Shown: one piece after another, positions 36,790 to 49,661 of the stretch
Layout: the number at the start of each line of letters is the position of its first letter
Numbering within the stretch: position 1 is the first letter of the stretch
Origin: Takakia lepidozioides
Taxonomy: Eukaryota > Plantae > Bryophyta
DNA: 64,000 nucleotides
Reading direction: 5' to 3'
NCBI GenBank assembly: GCA_030704615.1
Contig: CM060731.1
Location: forward strand, 14,880,001-14,944,000
Program-made: the position numbers and the translations under genes
Notes under the pieces: generated by a model
What the model saw: only the letters and a program-made list of their open reading frames with translations
Database searches by the model: none
Told to the model about the DNA's origin: nothing

Positions 36790-37773
36790 GTGGCGTCTTG
36801 TAATGGAGGGTCACCAAGCAAATCGTCTCCTCCGCGAACTAGAAATACCGGAATCTCGCAAGCATGTGGATCGACTGCAGGTCGTCAGTCTGAGACACAC
36901 GAAAAAATGGAGGTAGAGATGAGCACTAGCGAGTGCGAGGAGCCGATATTAGCAAAGCCTCTCTCTGGGTGGTCTCTGCAGCATGCTGTAATGACGGGAA
37001 ACGTTCTGCAGTGGTGTGCTCTTGAATTTCAGAAAGAGAGGTTCTCGGTTCTTTGTGATATACAAGTGGGTTCCTTCATGCACGAAGACCTGGCAGCAGC
37101 TGCAATTAGCATCAGTCTGAAACTTCCTCTCAAAGTGGAGGTTGTGTTTGACACAGACTACAGCATCAAGGCTGGCGTGCTCAATGTGTATGCAAGCCAG
37201 AAGGGATTACGGCGGATGCGGACAGAGCAGTCAGATTTCGGGATTTCTCGTCTTGTTCCCCATGTGGTGCGCAGATATTTTGAAGATGCAGAGAAAACTA
37301 GAAGATGGTGTACCAGGGAGTCACAATGTAATGCATCTGAGCAGAAATTGGAAGATAATGTCTTTGTTGGGCTTTTACAAGAGCTGGTTCGGTCACTGGC
37401 TCTGTTGGAATACATCTGCCCTAGCTGCGGGCTCCGCCATCCTCAATTTACCTCCAACCTGTTGCACCCATGTTCCAATACGCTCTGTCAAGCCCAATTT
37501 GGTTTGTGGATGGCGGTTGGGCCCCCACTCGATGCATCGTTGAAAAGCATGACAAGAATTTCTATCCACCCAACCCCAAACCAGTGGGAACTCGAGATTC
37601 TGAGGCACGAGATTGCGCTGAAAGCTGCTTACCATCAAGAACAGGTAGAGCTTCTGCGCACACATTTACGAGATAATCTATGGATCGTTGATGCTGAAGA
37701 CATGGACTACGAGCACTTGGTTCATGCGCTTGCCCTTGTGAGATCCATCAAGCAAAGGCATCGTGCTGCCTGA
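36790..37773 (+). CDS. Uncharacterised ORF (327 aa; first ATG 36908) with a CxxC...CxxxxC putative Zn site
   Basis: Long ORF preceded by a CCCCGCAG acceptor; YICPSCGLRH...HPCSNTLCQ. Confidence 0.55.
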   Translation: MASCNGGSPSKSSPPRTRNTGISQACGSTAGRQSETHEKMEVEMSTSECEEPILAKPLSGWSLQHAVMTGNVLQWCALEFQKERFSVLCDIQVGSFMHEDLAAAAISISLKLPLKVEVVFDTDYSIKAGVLNVYASQKGLRRMRTEQSDFGISRLVPHVVRRYFEDAEKTRRWCTRESQCNASEQKLEDNVFVGLLQELVRSLALLEYICPSCGLRHPQFTSNLLHPCSNTLCQAQFGLWMAVGPPLDASLKSMTRISIHPTPNQWELEILRHEIALKAAYHQEQVELLRTHLRDNLWIVDAEDMDYEHLVHALALVRSIKQRHRAA

Positions 37774-38423
37774 AACGGGCCTTGGATCTCTCACTCTTTG
37801 GGGGGATTCCCCGGGAGCAATTAGAGCGCCGTGCCAGTCAATTCATATTGAAGTACAAAATTTTTGAACGTTGTGCAGTACATACTACATACCAGTGTGA
37901 TCATACCTAGAGCACCGTGATAGTATTCAACCTACTCGGGAGTACGATGGTATGCCAGCAAATGAAGAGAGCTGAAGCAGCCTGGATTTGCAGCTGCCAC
38001 AGAAAGCTACAACAAAGACAGATCCAGCCTCTGTTCCTCTTTCACGCAAGCTCACACAACAATTCCTGAGGAGCAACAATCTCAAGCACAAAAAAGAATT
38101 GCGAATATGTCCAGTCCTTCGTAGCCTACTTCTGAGTCGTGATTCAAGCCTTGGAAGTCAAGATTGCTTACAAGATCCGTCAAAAACACAGTAGAAGTAG
38201 TGCTAGAATCGATCAGATTTGAGATCAGTTGATGTGGAGTGCTGGGACCCATTCTTGCAAATGTCTTATTCTTTCATGCCTCGATTCATTCGGCGACGAA
38301 AATGTCCAGTTCTCGTGGAGTTTCTCTTTTCGTTGGTCTCTTGGGTTTAGGGCTTTTGCGTCTTTCTTCTTCTGAATTCCTTTGACAAATTTTTGGTAAG
38401 AGCTTGCTTGATCGACCTGCGCC

Positions 38424-38974
38424 ATGGAAGATCCGTCCCCTCGTAAGGTCAGTAGGAAACCTCCTCCATTTGCAGCCCCAGGCGTGGGCAGGAGACGCAA
38501 AGCTCCAGAGGAGTTGATAGCACATTACACGGCCAAAGGTATGGACGAGAGGGCTGCTGCAGAGAAAGTGATCGATGACCTTCAGCAGGCACTCACATTC
38601 TCCTTTGAACGATACCCAATGCAGAAGATAATGACGATGGAACGCACTGTGACAACCAATGTCGACGCCTTCAACCAGCGTCTCTCTGTCCTTGAGGCGA
38701 AGGTACTTGGAATGCTTAAGAAGGAAACCAATCATCTGTGAAGTCGACCAAAGTAAAAATGTGTTGTGTTTCATCGCGATTTCCCTTTGTCTCTTACTGA
38801 AATTGGTGAACATGCTGATGCTAGGTGGATTCAAAGCCCAGCCTCCCTGCAATTTTTGCAGCGGGCGTGGCGGCAGCGGGCATTGTGAAGGGCGCGTGGG
38901 AGGGAGTGCCCCATGTGCTGCGTTTATTCTCTCAAGTCAGTAACAATGCAAGGAATTCCACGACCCGTGTCTAG
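38424..38974 (+). CDS. Small conserved land-plant protein of unknown function (2 exons: 38424-38702, 38825-38974)
   Basis: PEELIAHYTAKGMD...KVIDDLQ...NQRLSVLEAK|VDSKPSLPAIFAAGVAAAGIVKGAWEGVPHV. The GT-AG intron is in phase. The pattern resembles an uncharacterised plant family, recognised from memory. Confidence 0.7.
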
Positions 38975-40868
38975 GTGAGTAGTCTGAGAATTATTACTGG
39001 GAAGATCTCCAAGCATGCAATGAGAAGGTGCTATGAAGTCGGAGCAACGTGACAATCATATAAGTGGATAAAAATAAGGAGCTTGAATTCGGAGGAGGTC
39101 AAGGGTGCCCGCCGAAACAGCTGCCAGCTTTTCCTGTTGAATTCGTCATTCGTTCAGTGATTATTGAGTTGAAGAATTGGAGAGAGTGTGTTTTGTGTTT
39201 AGATGCCTGTTCGTGATAAGAAGCCTCCCAACTGAAGCCTTGCCGAAGTGGGTTGTCTCGGAGACCTTGTGGTGCGTAATTGCTGACATGAGTTGCATTT
39301 TTTTAAGGGAACAAAGGAGGTAAAGTGCTCTCTCTCTCTCTCATCACTCGAACAATGAGACAATCACTCGAACAATAGATTTTATTCTTCGCTCTGGTTT
39401 TTTATTTCCTTTCTCATGTTTTCTTCCATTTTGTCCCATAAGCTCTATGAGCTTTCCTCGGACGTTATAAAGCACCATTTCATTTCATTTCTCTCTCTCA
39501 CGGTAAACTAGCAGTGCTGAAATGACCGGCGTACTTTCCAGCATGTCCCTCCAAAATCAGCACTGAATGCACTGAAGAGTGAATGCCCAACAGCTCCGGG
39601 AGGGTCACTGTCATTAGGGCTCCAAGGTTTCAGTAGCATGTAAAGCCCAAGCACTGGATTTCAAATTCTGACCTACACTCAGCATGTCAATTGGGTTCAT
39701 TGCATTGAACTCCAGTCTGAATCCGCACTCAATTGCAATAAAATCTCTGCCCCAAGATGGAGCTTTGGAACTGGTGTTCTTGAATTAGACACCAAGCCAC
39801 AGTGATAGATAGACATCTTCAATCGGAATTTAGTCTAGTCTTAACTGATATGTTCCCATACCTCCTAGCTTTCCTTTGCTCCTACAAATGTGCAGGAAAA
39901 GATAGCTGTTGGCAATGGTTGCATTTGTCTGTGGGTTGCAAGGGTGAAACAACAACTATCCATCTATCACAGCACCAAATTCTGTACAGATCATTCTGCA
40001 ACTTCCAACTATAAAACATTGATGCAGAAATCCACCAAAGCTTATACATGACTAGATAGGACCGATTCACAAGAGAGGGATGCTGGCTCAACATTTAGAG
40101 CCTCTTTGCTTCATCCTCCCCTACACGAGCTCACAACAGAACCACCACTTCATGCCATTTGTTCAGTCATATTCTTGACCTCAACTTCGCTCGGCATCTG
40201 CAATTGAGTTTTTTGGAGATTTCAATCTCATGTGATTTTTTTGGTGCAGATTCTCATTGTCCAAGTCATTGACCTTTTGAAACTGACAGAAAAGCTTACT
40301 TTCACCTGAGTTGTAAGAAGAGGCCTCTCCCAGGGTCACCACGTTACTTCTTCCATGTGTTAGGATCAAACCATTGGAATCTGCATATCAGTGAAGAATG
40401 GCAGGGCCATTTCCTCAGTGAAGGACAAACTGAACGTTCAAGTCTTGCTGTCAGTGCAAAGTCTTACTCAGGCTTGCTTGTTGAAGTTGATGTAGATGAG
40501 AGAGACGATCCTAACGGGGTGCACATTCAAGAACTGTTTACTAACGGAAACAGGCGACTTCAGAAATTGACGTTTTGGCGATACTGGAAATACGTCTCGC
40601 CAGGGTGGCGAAACTACAGACGCTGCAATCACTGAGGCAGGCGGGCAGAGAGAGAGAGAGACAGGGGACTCTGCGAACGGGGGAGATGGAGTTGTAAGCA
40701 CGCTTAAATATTAGATTGTCTTGCCGGGGTCGATCGCATCTGTGATGGAGTGTGATATTAGGGCTGAGAGGATGCGCTTATGAGGATTTGAAGCGCTTCT
40801 TGTTTCTGCAGGGTGCATTGTGCTGATTTAGACGGGAGAGTTGAGGGGGGGAGTGAGAAGGGGGAGAA

Positions 40869-43800
40869 ATGGAGAAGACGTGCACTTTGCTGGTGCATTT
40901 TGACAAAGGGACGCCGGCCCTGGCTAATGAGATCAAGGAGCAGCTGGAGGGGAATGACACGGGAAGGAAAGTGGACGCGATGAAGAAGGCGGTCATGCTG
41001 TTGCTGAATGGAGAGACATTGCCTGCGTTGTTCATCACCATCGTGCGGTACGTGCTGCCCTCAGAGGACCACACCGTGCAGAAGCTTCTGCTGTTGTATC
41101 TGGAGATCATTGAAAAGACTGACTCGCGCGGAAAGATTCTTCCAGAGATGATTCTCATCTGCCAGAACCTAAGGAACAATTTGCAGCACCCTAATGAGTA
41201 CATAAGAGGTGTGACCTTGCGCTTTCTGGCAAGATTGAATGAGGCGGAGCTGATAGAGCCGTTGATCCCATCGATTTTGTCTAACTTGGAGCATCGCCAT
41301 GCTTTTGTTAGAAGGAATGCCATTCTAGCCATAACCGCGATCTACAAGCTTCCTCAGGGAGAGCATTTGTTGAGCGACGCCCCGGAGATGATAGAGAAAA
41401 TCTTGGGCACAGAGCAGGATTTATCAGCTCGGAGGAACGCCTTCTTGATGCTTTACAATTGTGCACAAGACAGAGCGGTGAACTACTTGTTGAGTCATTT
41501 AGAGAGTGTTTCGGGGTGGGGGGATATTCTGCAAATGGTGGTGTTGGAGCTCATCCGGAAAGTGTGCAGGTCAAATCCTGGGGAAAAGGGAAAATACATA
41601 AAGATCATACTCTCTCTTCTTAGCTCTCCTTCCACAGCAGTCATGTATGAGTGTGCTGGTACTCTCGTTTCTCTTTCCTCTGCTCCCACAGCCATCAGAG
41701 CAGCTGCAAATTGCTACTGCCAGCTGCTTCTCTCACAGAGCGACAACAATGTGAAGCTCATTATACTAGATCGACTGCAGGAGCTTAAGGCCTCCCACAT
41801 AGAGGTGATGGTAGAGATGATAATGGATGTATTAAGGGCACTTTCGAGTCCAAACCTTGATATTAGGCGGAAGACCCTGGACATTGCATTGGATCTCATC
41901 ACCCCGAGAAACATTGACGAGGTGGTGATGACCCTGAAGAAAGAGGTAGTTAAGACACAGAGCAAGGAGCTTGAGAAAAATGGTGAGTATCGGCAAATGC
42001 TGGTGCAGGCAATCCATTCATGTGCTTTGAAATTCCCTGAAGTAGCAAGCACAGTGGTGCACCTCTTGATGGACTTCCTTGGGGATTCTAATGTAGCATC
42101 TGCAATTGATGTAGTATTCTTTGTAAGAGAGATCATTGAGACCAATCCCCGCTTGCGAGAATCCATCATGGTCAGGCTACTGGACACCTTCTACCAGATC
42201 CGGTCCACCAGAGTGGGCACATGTGCTCTTTGGATTATAGGAGAGTACTCCCTTTCTCTGGCTGAGGTTGAGGGTGCGATTGCTGCGATCAAGCAATCAC
42301 TTGGAGAACTTCCATTCTACACTGTTGCAGATGAGGGTGATATGGTTGACACAGCTGCCAGCAAGGGACCTGGCAGAGGGCCTGCTCCTCCAAGTATCTC
42401 TGCAGCGTCATCCAAGCGGCCTGCAGTTCTTGCGGATGGAACATATGCGACGCAGAGTGCCGTCGCTGAGATTTCGATATCCAACCCCTCATTGACAATG
42501 ATTGCAGCTGGGGCAACAGCCAATCTGAGAACGATTTTGTTGACAGGGGACTTCTTCTTAGGAGCTGTGGTGGCAACCACGCTCACAAAGCTCATCTTGC
42601 GGTTGGAGGAGGTACAGTCTTCAAAAGTGGCAGTGAACAAGGCAGCAGCGGAGGTTATGTTGATCATGGTTTCAATTCTCAGATTGGGCCAGTCATCAGC
42701 ACTCCCTCACCCCATAGACGACGATGCTTATGATCGTATCACTATGTGCATTAGGGTTCTTTCAAACCCTGATGATGTGATGAGGACAGTGTGGCTCAGA
42801 TACTGCCGTGAGAGTTTTGTCAAGATGATTACAGAGAAACTGCACCGTGAGACAGAGGAGACAAAGGCAAAGGCTCAAGTGTTGCATGCACAGCCTGATG
42901 ATCTCATTGACTTCTACCATTTGAAAAGCCGGAAGGTAAGCAGCAACGGAGGATTATGTAGTGCAACTATAGCTGCATTTTGAGTCCTGTTGGATGGTGA
43001 ATAAAGAGATTCTGGCTGTGGATGGTGGAGGTTTCTGCTACTTTTATTGTAAAGAAGTTTAGAAGTACACAGTAAGATGTTGCTAATTACAACCTTGAGG
43101 GGGGTTGGCAGGGCATGAGCCAGCTGGAGCTGGAAGATGAGGTTCAGAGTGATCTTCAGCGGGCCACAGGGGAGTTCAGTAAGGAGAGTGACAGCACCAG
43201 AAAGCTGAACAGAGTTTTGCAGCTAACAGGGTTTAGTGACCCTGTCTATGCAGAGGCATATGTGACGGTTCATCAATATGATATAGTCTTGGACGTCACG
43301 GTGGTTAATCGTACCACAGAAACACTTCAGAACCTGTGCTTGGAGCTTGCCACTATGGGGGATCTGAAGCTGGTTGAGCGCCCGCAGAACTATGCACTTG
43401 CGCCAGAGACGAGCAAGCAGATAAGGGCGAACATCAAGGTTTCATCCACAGAGACTGGCGTAATTTTTGGTAATATTGTGTTTGAGACAACCAGTGTGTT
43501 GGACCGCAATGTGGTTGTGCTGAATGACATCCACATTGACATCATGGACTACATCTCCCCTGCTTACTGCCCTGATGTTTCTTTCCGGAATATGTGGGCT
43601 GAATTTGAGTGGGAGAACAAGGTACGGTTTTGTACTCCTGCCTAACTGATTGTCTGTTAGTATGGGCTCTGCTTGGTTTCAGATGCCATTCTTTGGCATG
43701 TATCCACCTCAAACTAAGGGTTTGCTGAAAGTTGTAGCTGTTTCTGCAGCCTGTAAACCTTGTTGTTGATTGTGTAATGGTTGGGAGGCCAGGTGGCAGT

Positions 43801-44209
43801 CAACACTTCAATTCAAGATGTGCTAGAGTTTTTGAACCACATAGTGGCTTCAACAAACATGAAGTGTCTCACCCCCCCGTAAGTCGCATCATCTTTTCTT
43901 GGTTTCCTGTGTATTGTGTTGTTTACCCTACATTGTTTGACTCTGCAGTCTACACACATCACAGGGTCTCGCCTGTCTTATTGAAACTGTGGTGTATGCA
44001 AAATGGCCAGGTCCGCCCTGGATGGGGAATGTGGATTCTTGGCTGCCAATCTCTATGCCAAGAGTGTATTTGGGGAGGATGCTTTGGTCAATGTGAGTGT
44101 AGAGAAGCAACCTGACGGCAAACTGAGCGGCTACATCCGAATCAGGAGCAAGACACAGGGCATCGCTCTAAGTCTTGGAGACAAAATAACTCTTAAACAA
44201 AAAGGTTAG
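40869..44209 (+). CDS. COPB1: Coatomer subunit beta (beta-COP), copy 1
   Basis: [70 protein letters not shown]. Exons 40869-42935, 43112-43621, 43793-43878, 44011-44209. Confidence 0.97.
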
Positions 44210-46849
44210 AAGATAGTTTCTGTTCCAGTAAGTATTTAGCAGTTCTGGTGTTGATAAACATAGTTATTCGAGGTTGCAGTTCCGGTCCTCCTTGGCCAGT
44301 AGGCATTGAACTACACTTAGATGATTTGAGCTGATTTGGCAACAGTATCTTATCTTTGCACAGCAGTCCCAGCTGCAATGCGTAGATTGCTTCACTTGGT
44401 TTTTATGCCTTCAATCAGGTCTCCTTTCCATTCAAAAGTGGCAACAATGAGCTTACTTATTTAGGTTATTTTGATAGCCAAACAAGGGATTTGCTATTCT
44501 ATCAGCTATCAGTGTGACGTGGATGCGGAAACGGCCGCCACGTGGCATTTTTTTTTCTTCTTGGGCTGCCCGTAATTGTATGCTTGGATTTGTGAGAAAC
44601 AATAATGAAAAATGACAAGGGATTGTATTGACACGCCACCTTTGGCTACCGAAGGTGGAGGCTGAAGGTGGAGGCTGAGCGGGAGAACATAAAGGTAATA
44701 ACGAAATAAATGGATGTCAAAAAAAAAAAAAAAAAAAACCAACATGAGATATGGACTTCTAATGTAGGAGAATTCTGCACGAACGGGGAAGAATTTTGCA
44801 CATTTTTGAGCCATTTTAATCTCTGGCTTGGATTATCGTATGCTATGGAAATGTCTAGGGATATTGGTGAAAAATATATATATTTGTTGGACCTAAGTTG
44901 AACGAAGGTGGCTCTTCTGTCTTTGTATAAGGTATTTTTCGCTTTTTGGAATGTGATCTTATATTCAATTTCAAACTCTAAAATTTATTTTTTATCGGGC
45001 AGGTTCGTTGGGCAGATTGAAATGTTCTTGTTCACCTTCGTCACTGATGGAATTGCGTTGGTAATTGACAAAATAGGAGCTCTCGCCAGGATAGTATGTG
45101 TGTCTTCCAGGATGTACATTTTAGAGGGTTTATCAATTGGCAGGTGCAGTAGTGTTTAAGGTAGGCCGTGAATAAGAAAATCCTAACATTAAAATGCACA
45201 TGCATTAAAATCTTGATTGTTGGTGCTACTGATCCATTGATCTTTTCAGTAACAAGACTTTGAAACATGTTCATATTTGACTCATCCAAGGAAGTAGGCT
45301 GCCAACAACAACATTAGCCTTGAGTGTCATTTCTGATGTGGTTCAGTCTATGCAGCCTAAGGTTTTAGTACTGAGTGTGAAGCCATGGGCTGCTGTTCAC
45401 TACTTAAACAGCCAGAGAATCAACCTGTCACTCATATGAGCACACCTCAGACACTTCAAAAGCATTCAGGTGGTGTCTCATCTAGCACCCTAGCTCTTTA
45501 TACCTTGTTTCGTAATCTGGTGACTAGAAAGAAATTCTTGTGCTTAGCTAATGTACATAACATGTATACGGATTTAGGCCTGAAATTTGCAGGGTGTGCT
45601 TGAAACTGCCATTTGATGGTTGAGTGTATAACCAGTGTAATCCTGCCCAACCCTGTGAAAAAATTCCTTAAAATGTTGGCCCCTCCGTTGGGCAGGAGAG
45701 AGGCTCTGTACTTTCGTAAAGCAAAGGTTTTGGAGACAAGTCTGTTTTGAGCTTGTGGAGCTCAGTGACCCGAACAACCCAGACTGCAACAATATGTCCC
45801 TCGCAAATGTACGCGGAGGACGTGTGAGGAAAATGCAAACATCACAAGATCATGATGGACCCAAAAAAGAATTCTCTATGGCAAGGGCTAACCTCCAAAA
45901 TGGTTGTTTAGGGTCACGACTCACAATACGACAACGGGAAAATACACTGGAATGCAGAAAGTGTATATTATATAGGTAAATATGGCGATGCAACAATTTT
46001 TTGGCTTCTCCCTATAAGGGAGAGACCACGCATTGGTGCCAAAAATAAGTAAGATCATGATATACCTCCTCTAGATAGTACCTACATGAAACAGATAATC
46101 CTCCCCCACTTAAATGTTACCTTGATTGAATAAGACCCATAAATGAATCTTACACATTAAATATTCATAAATGAGGACCCATAAATGAAGGGTATATAGG
46201 GATACACATATCTGTATTTTTCTCCGTCCTCAACTGCCTGAATTGGGGCTGTCGCTCCCAGATTTCCTTGAAATGCAATAGGCATGCATAGTAGAATGTA
46301 TTATATTTGCTTAACATTAAAATAAAACAGTAACCTCCAAATATATATATTTTTTACAAGTGATTATTTGGAGTATAATTTTTTTAATAATTCAATGTTT
46401 CATAATATTTACAATAAAATTTTCAGAGAAAAATATTTTTATTACAATTTATTATATTACAGTCACATTTTTTAATCATGGTGAAAGTCTGGGAGCCCCA
46501 AAAAAATGAGAATAATAATGTCAAAATAAATTTGAGTACAATGGGTTGAGTTGAAAGCATCTGATTTGGCAAATGTAGAACCATACATGTATACGAAACA
46601 AATATAAACATCTATAAACATAATTACTCATTTTTATTTTGCAGGAACAGGTTATATCTTGGTAGTATCATGGTTGTGCCAGGTTGCGAAGGTGGTAGGG
46701 TCAAATCCTTGAGTAGACTCAAATAGAGAAGTTTTTGAATGTCGTGATGGAATGGATGAAAAAGTTCCTTATAAATGAAAAAGTGACATCAGAGTTTAGG
46801 GTTTGGGTTTAGCGCCGTTTAGGGTCTAGTGGCTTCTCAGTGTTTGTAG

Positions 46850-47480
46850 CCTGGGTTTCAAGAGTCGAAAGAGAAGATCTCGGGGTTGCTGGAGCCGAGT
46901 GGCAGCATACAGATCCGCACACACACCATGTCTCTAGAGAGATTGTGGTAGGTGGCAAGTGACCCCCTCCATCAACACACACTCGGACAAAAGGCGGGGA
47001 CGGTTCAACCATGGAATGCATGAGAGGCTCTTTGGCAAGTCCTTGCGTCTCGATCGTATTTAGTGCTCTTGATGCCATTTCTTACCAGGTGTGTTTTCTT
47101 CTTTGGGGCTTGATTGGCCCCACGGTTCTCTGTTGTTGAGAGTGGATCAATCAGGGTTCTCATATATTTCTTGAACACAATAGTGCTCTTTTCACTGAAG
47201 AGGGATGATTGAGTCTTCAATGCGTCCATTTAGAAGGTAACTATGGACATGGCTTTTCTTTTGATTTTCTGATTGTGCAGCGGGATTGTGAGGGTCTGGA
47301 GCGGCCCAACTCTTACTGTGGTGCCTCAGTGTGCGCAACACTCTTTACTGCCGCTGCTATTGTGCTGGAAATGACTATTCTGACTAGCCAGCCCTTCCCG
47401 TTCTTGCAGGTTTGTGCTCGGCATCCTCTGACCGACAATTTCAAGAACATAAGAAATGGAAGCTCTAACTTGGACATCAT
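46850..47480 (+). mobile_element. Possible degraded LINE ORF1 remnant
   Basis: Frameshifted DY..LP..CRF-like zinc-knuckle pattern near 47370-47420; weak. Confidence 0.25.
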
Positions 47481-48044
47481 GGCTGACATGGGTTCACCAA
47501 CCACTGAGGATAGATTAGACAAGTTGAGGGAAATATAGTTGGTGAGGCAATCTGGTATCCATGTTGATGTTTTTGCATAACTTGGGGGAAATCAGAACAG
47601 ATTTTAGGGTGTGCTTTGATGACAACAGCTGATCTGCTCACTTAGGTGACCATACCTCCAAATTGTGGTGTGGCTCTATATCTGATATGGGTTGTTGGGG
47701 GCAGACAATTATGTTACAGTAGAAGTGACCAAAGAACATCTCAGATCAGAGTTTGCTAAGCTCACAAGAAAACCCCGAAGCTCTCCAGCCATCATTCATC
47801 TGTTTGGGCTGATTCTCTATCCTTTTCTTGAAACCTAAGAGCTTGTTGTAACACGGCTTAGCGAGGGTATGCTTGGCTAGTATTTGTCCATAATCAGCTT
47901 TATTTACCTTGGCACAAAATCTGCTAGTTCTCAGTGCTGTAGTTACAATGTTGCCATGAAGCCAATATTTAGACAAGGTTTTCTATGATCTGATCCAGCA
48001 AGTGGATGTGCAGCTTGCAATCTTGAGAACATTCACTTGGACTC

Positions 48045-48310
48045 TATTTCAGTATTTCGGTATTTCAATCAAGATTTTCAGCAAGTATTTCAGTATTCAT
48101 TATCTATTTCAGTATTTCAATCAAAATTCTGTCATCTAGCATTTCAGTATTTCAGCCAGTTTTTCAGCGAGTATTTCAGTATTTCAGCAAGTTTTTCAGC
48201 TAATATTTCAGTACTTCAGCCAGTATTTCAGCAAGTACTTTAATATTTCAGCCAGTAACAAGTATTTTAATAGTTCAGTGAGTATTTCAACAAGCATTTC
48301 AATATTTTAA
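48045..48310. repeat. Degenerate (TATTTCAG)n low-complexity repeat
   Basis: Many TATTTCAG/TTTTCAGC copies. Confidence 0.85.
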
Positions 48311-48945
48311 TAACTAATAAATCCAAAGATCAGTTTTGTAATATCCGAATACATCAATATTCAATTCACACATCAATAAAATAAAGTGCTGCCAGGGCCT
48401 CTGTCAAATAACTAAATAAATAATTTTTCTCTTATGCAGACCATTTTGTTTTTTGTTTTTTTGGAACAGGGGTGGAGGCCCTGGAAAATATATTAAGAAA
48501 TACGGGAAAAATAACCCGTGGGGATACAGCCGTAAAGCATGTTTTACATATAACTTGAATATATGTTATATTTTATTTCAATATAATATTTTTAGGAATT
48601 TTTCAACTTAAGAGTTTTAGGGAGCCATTACGCGACTAGCCGCTTGTTTTTGTTTGTTTTTTTTTGTTTTTTTTTTTGTTTCCATATTCCAATAATGGAA
48701 GACAATAGAAATAATGTAAGAACTTAATGGACGCGTATGATCTGACGGTACTTTCGCCGGATTCTGGCGGCCTGGGCTCTCCTGGGGGGACCCCTGTCGA
48801 ATCCTCCCCACCCTCTCTTACCTCGGTTTCACTATAAAATACTTCAGAATCCAAATGGGTTTCAAGCTGCAGTGGGTAGCATGATGGTAAGGTGGTAGTG
48901 TTGCAGGCGGCAAGGTTCAGCAATCAGTTTTTGATGGGAGGCGCT

Positions 48946-49216
48946 TGTGTGTAACCCTGGTCGGTGTAACCCCAGTAGTGTAACCCCAATAGTGTAATCC
49001 CAAGCGTGCTTACAACTCCATCTCCATCTGTAATCCCGGTTTCTCATGTAACTCTCATTAATCCATTTTATACTTAACCAAATTTGGACTTGGTCAAATT
49101 TCGAGACCAAGTGTGAGCTACGTCGAGAGGAGTTACACTCCATTCTGTGTAACCCCGACTGGAGTTACACACCTCGTCGTGTAACCCAATGTAACCCCGA
49201 CTGGAGTTTACACTCC
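48946..49216. repeat. Cluster of GTGTAACCCC / GGAGTTACAC direct and inverted motifs (likely MITE subterminal repeats)
   Basis: Roughly ten copies in both orientations. Confidence 0.65.
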
Positions 49217-49661
49217 TTCAGTTCCATGTCACTCTCAAGAGAGGGTGGAGAAGATTTGACATGTGGGAAACCGGCAACCATCCTGTCAGAGGTCGCACGT
49301 GTGCATTAAGTTGTTACATTATTCCTATTATCTTCCTTTAATAATTTAATGGAAAGGGGAGGAAGCCCTTGAGAGCTTTATTAAGTCATTCAGGCAAAAA
49401 CAATAAAATATATATATATATATTTTGCCGAAATTGGCAAGGCTGTAAGTGCGGGTCAGAGAGAAGTGTCTCTAGGGCTTGAGGCCTACCATAGGGGAGG
49501 ATGGAGTTGCAAGCAGGCCTGGGTCGATCGCATCTGTGATGGAGTGCGATATTCGGGCTGAGAGGATGCGCTTATGAGGATTTGAAGCGCTTCTTGTTTC
49601 TGCAGGGTGCATTGTGCTGATTTGGACGGGAGAGTTGAGGGGGGAGTGAGAAGGGGGAAAA

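Noticed and set aside
40687-40791. Conserved uORFs upstream of both beta-COP copies
   Set aside because: They are very short, may lie in a 5'UTR intron (TTCTGCAG acceptor at ~40810), and their identity is explained by duplication or conversion.
46795-46825. Telomere-like TTTAGGG motifs
   Set aside because: Only two or three dispersed copies, not an interstitial telomere array.
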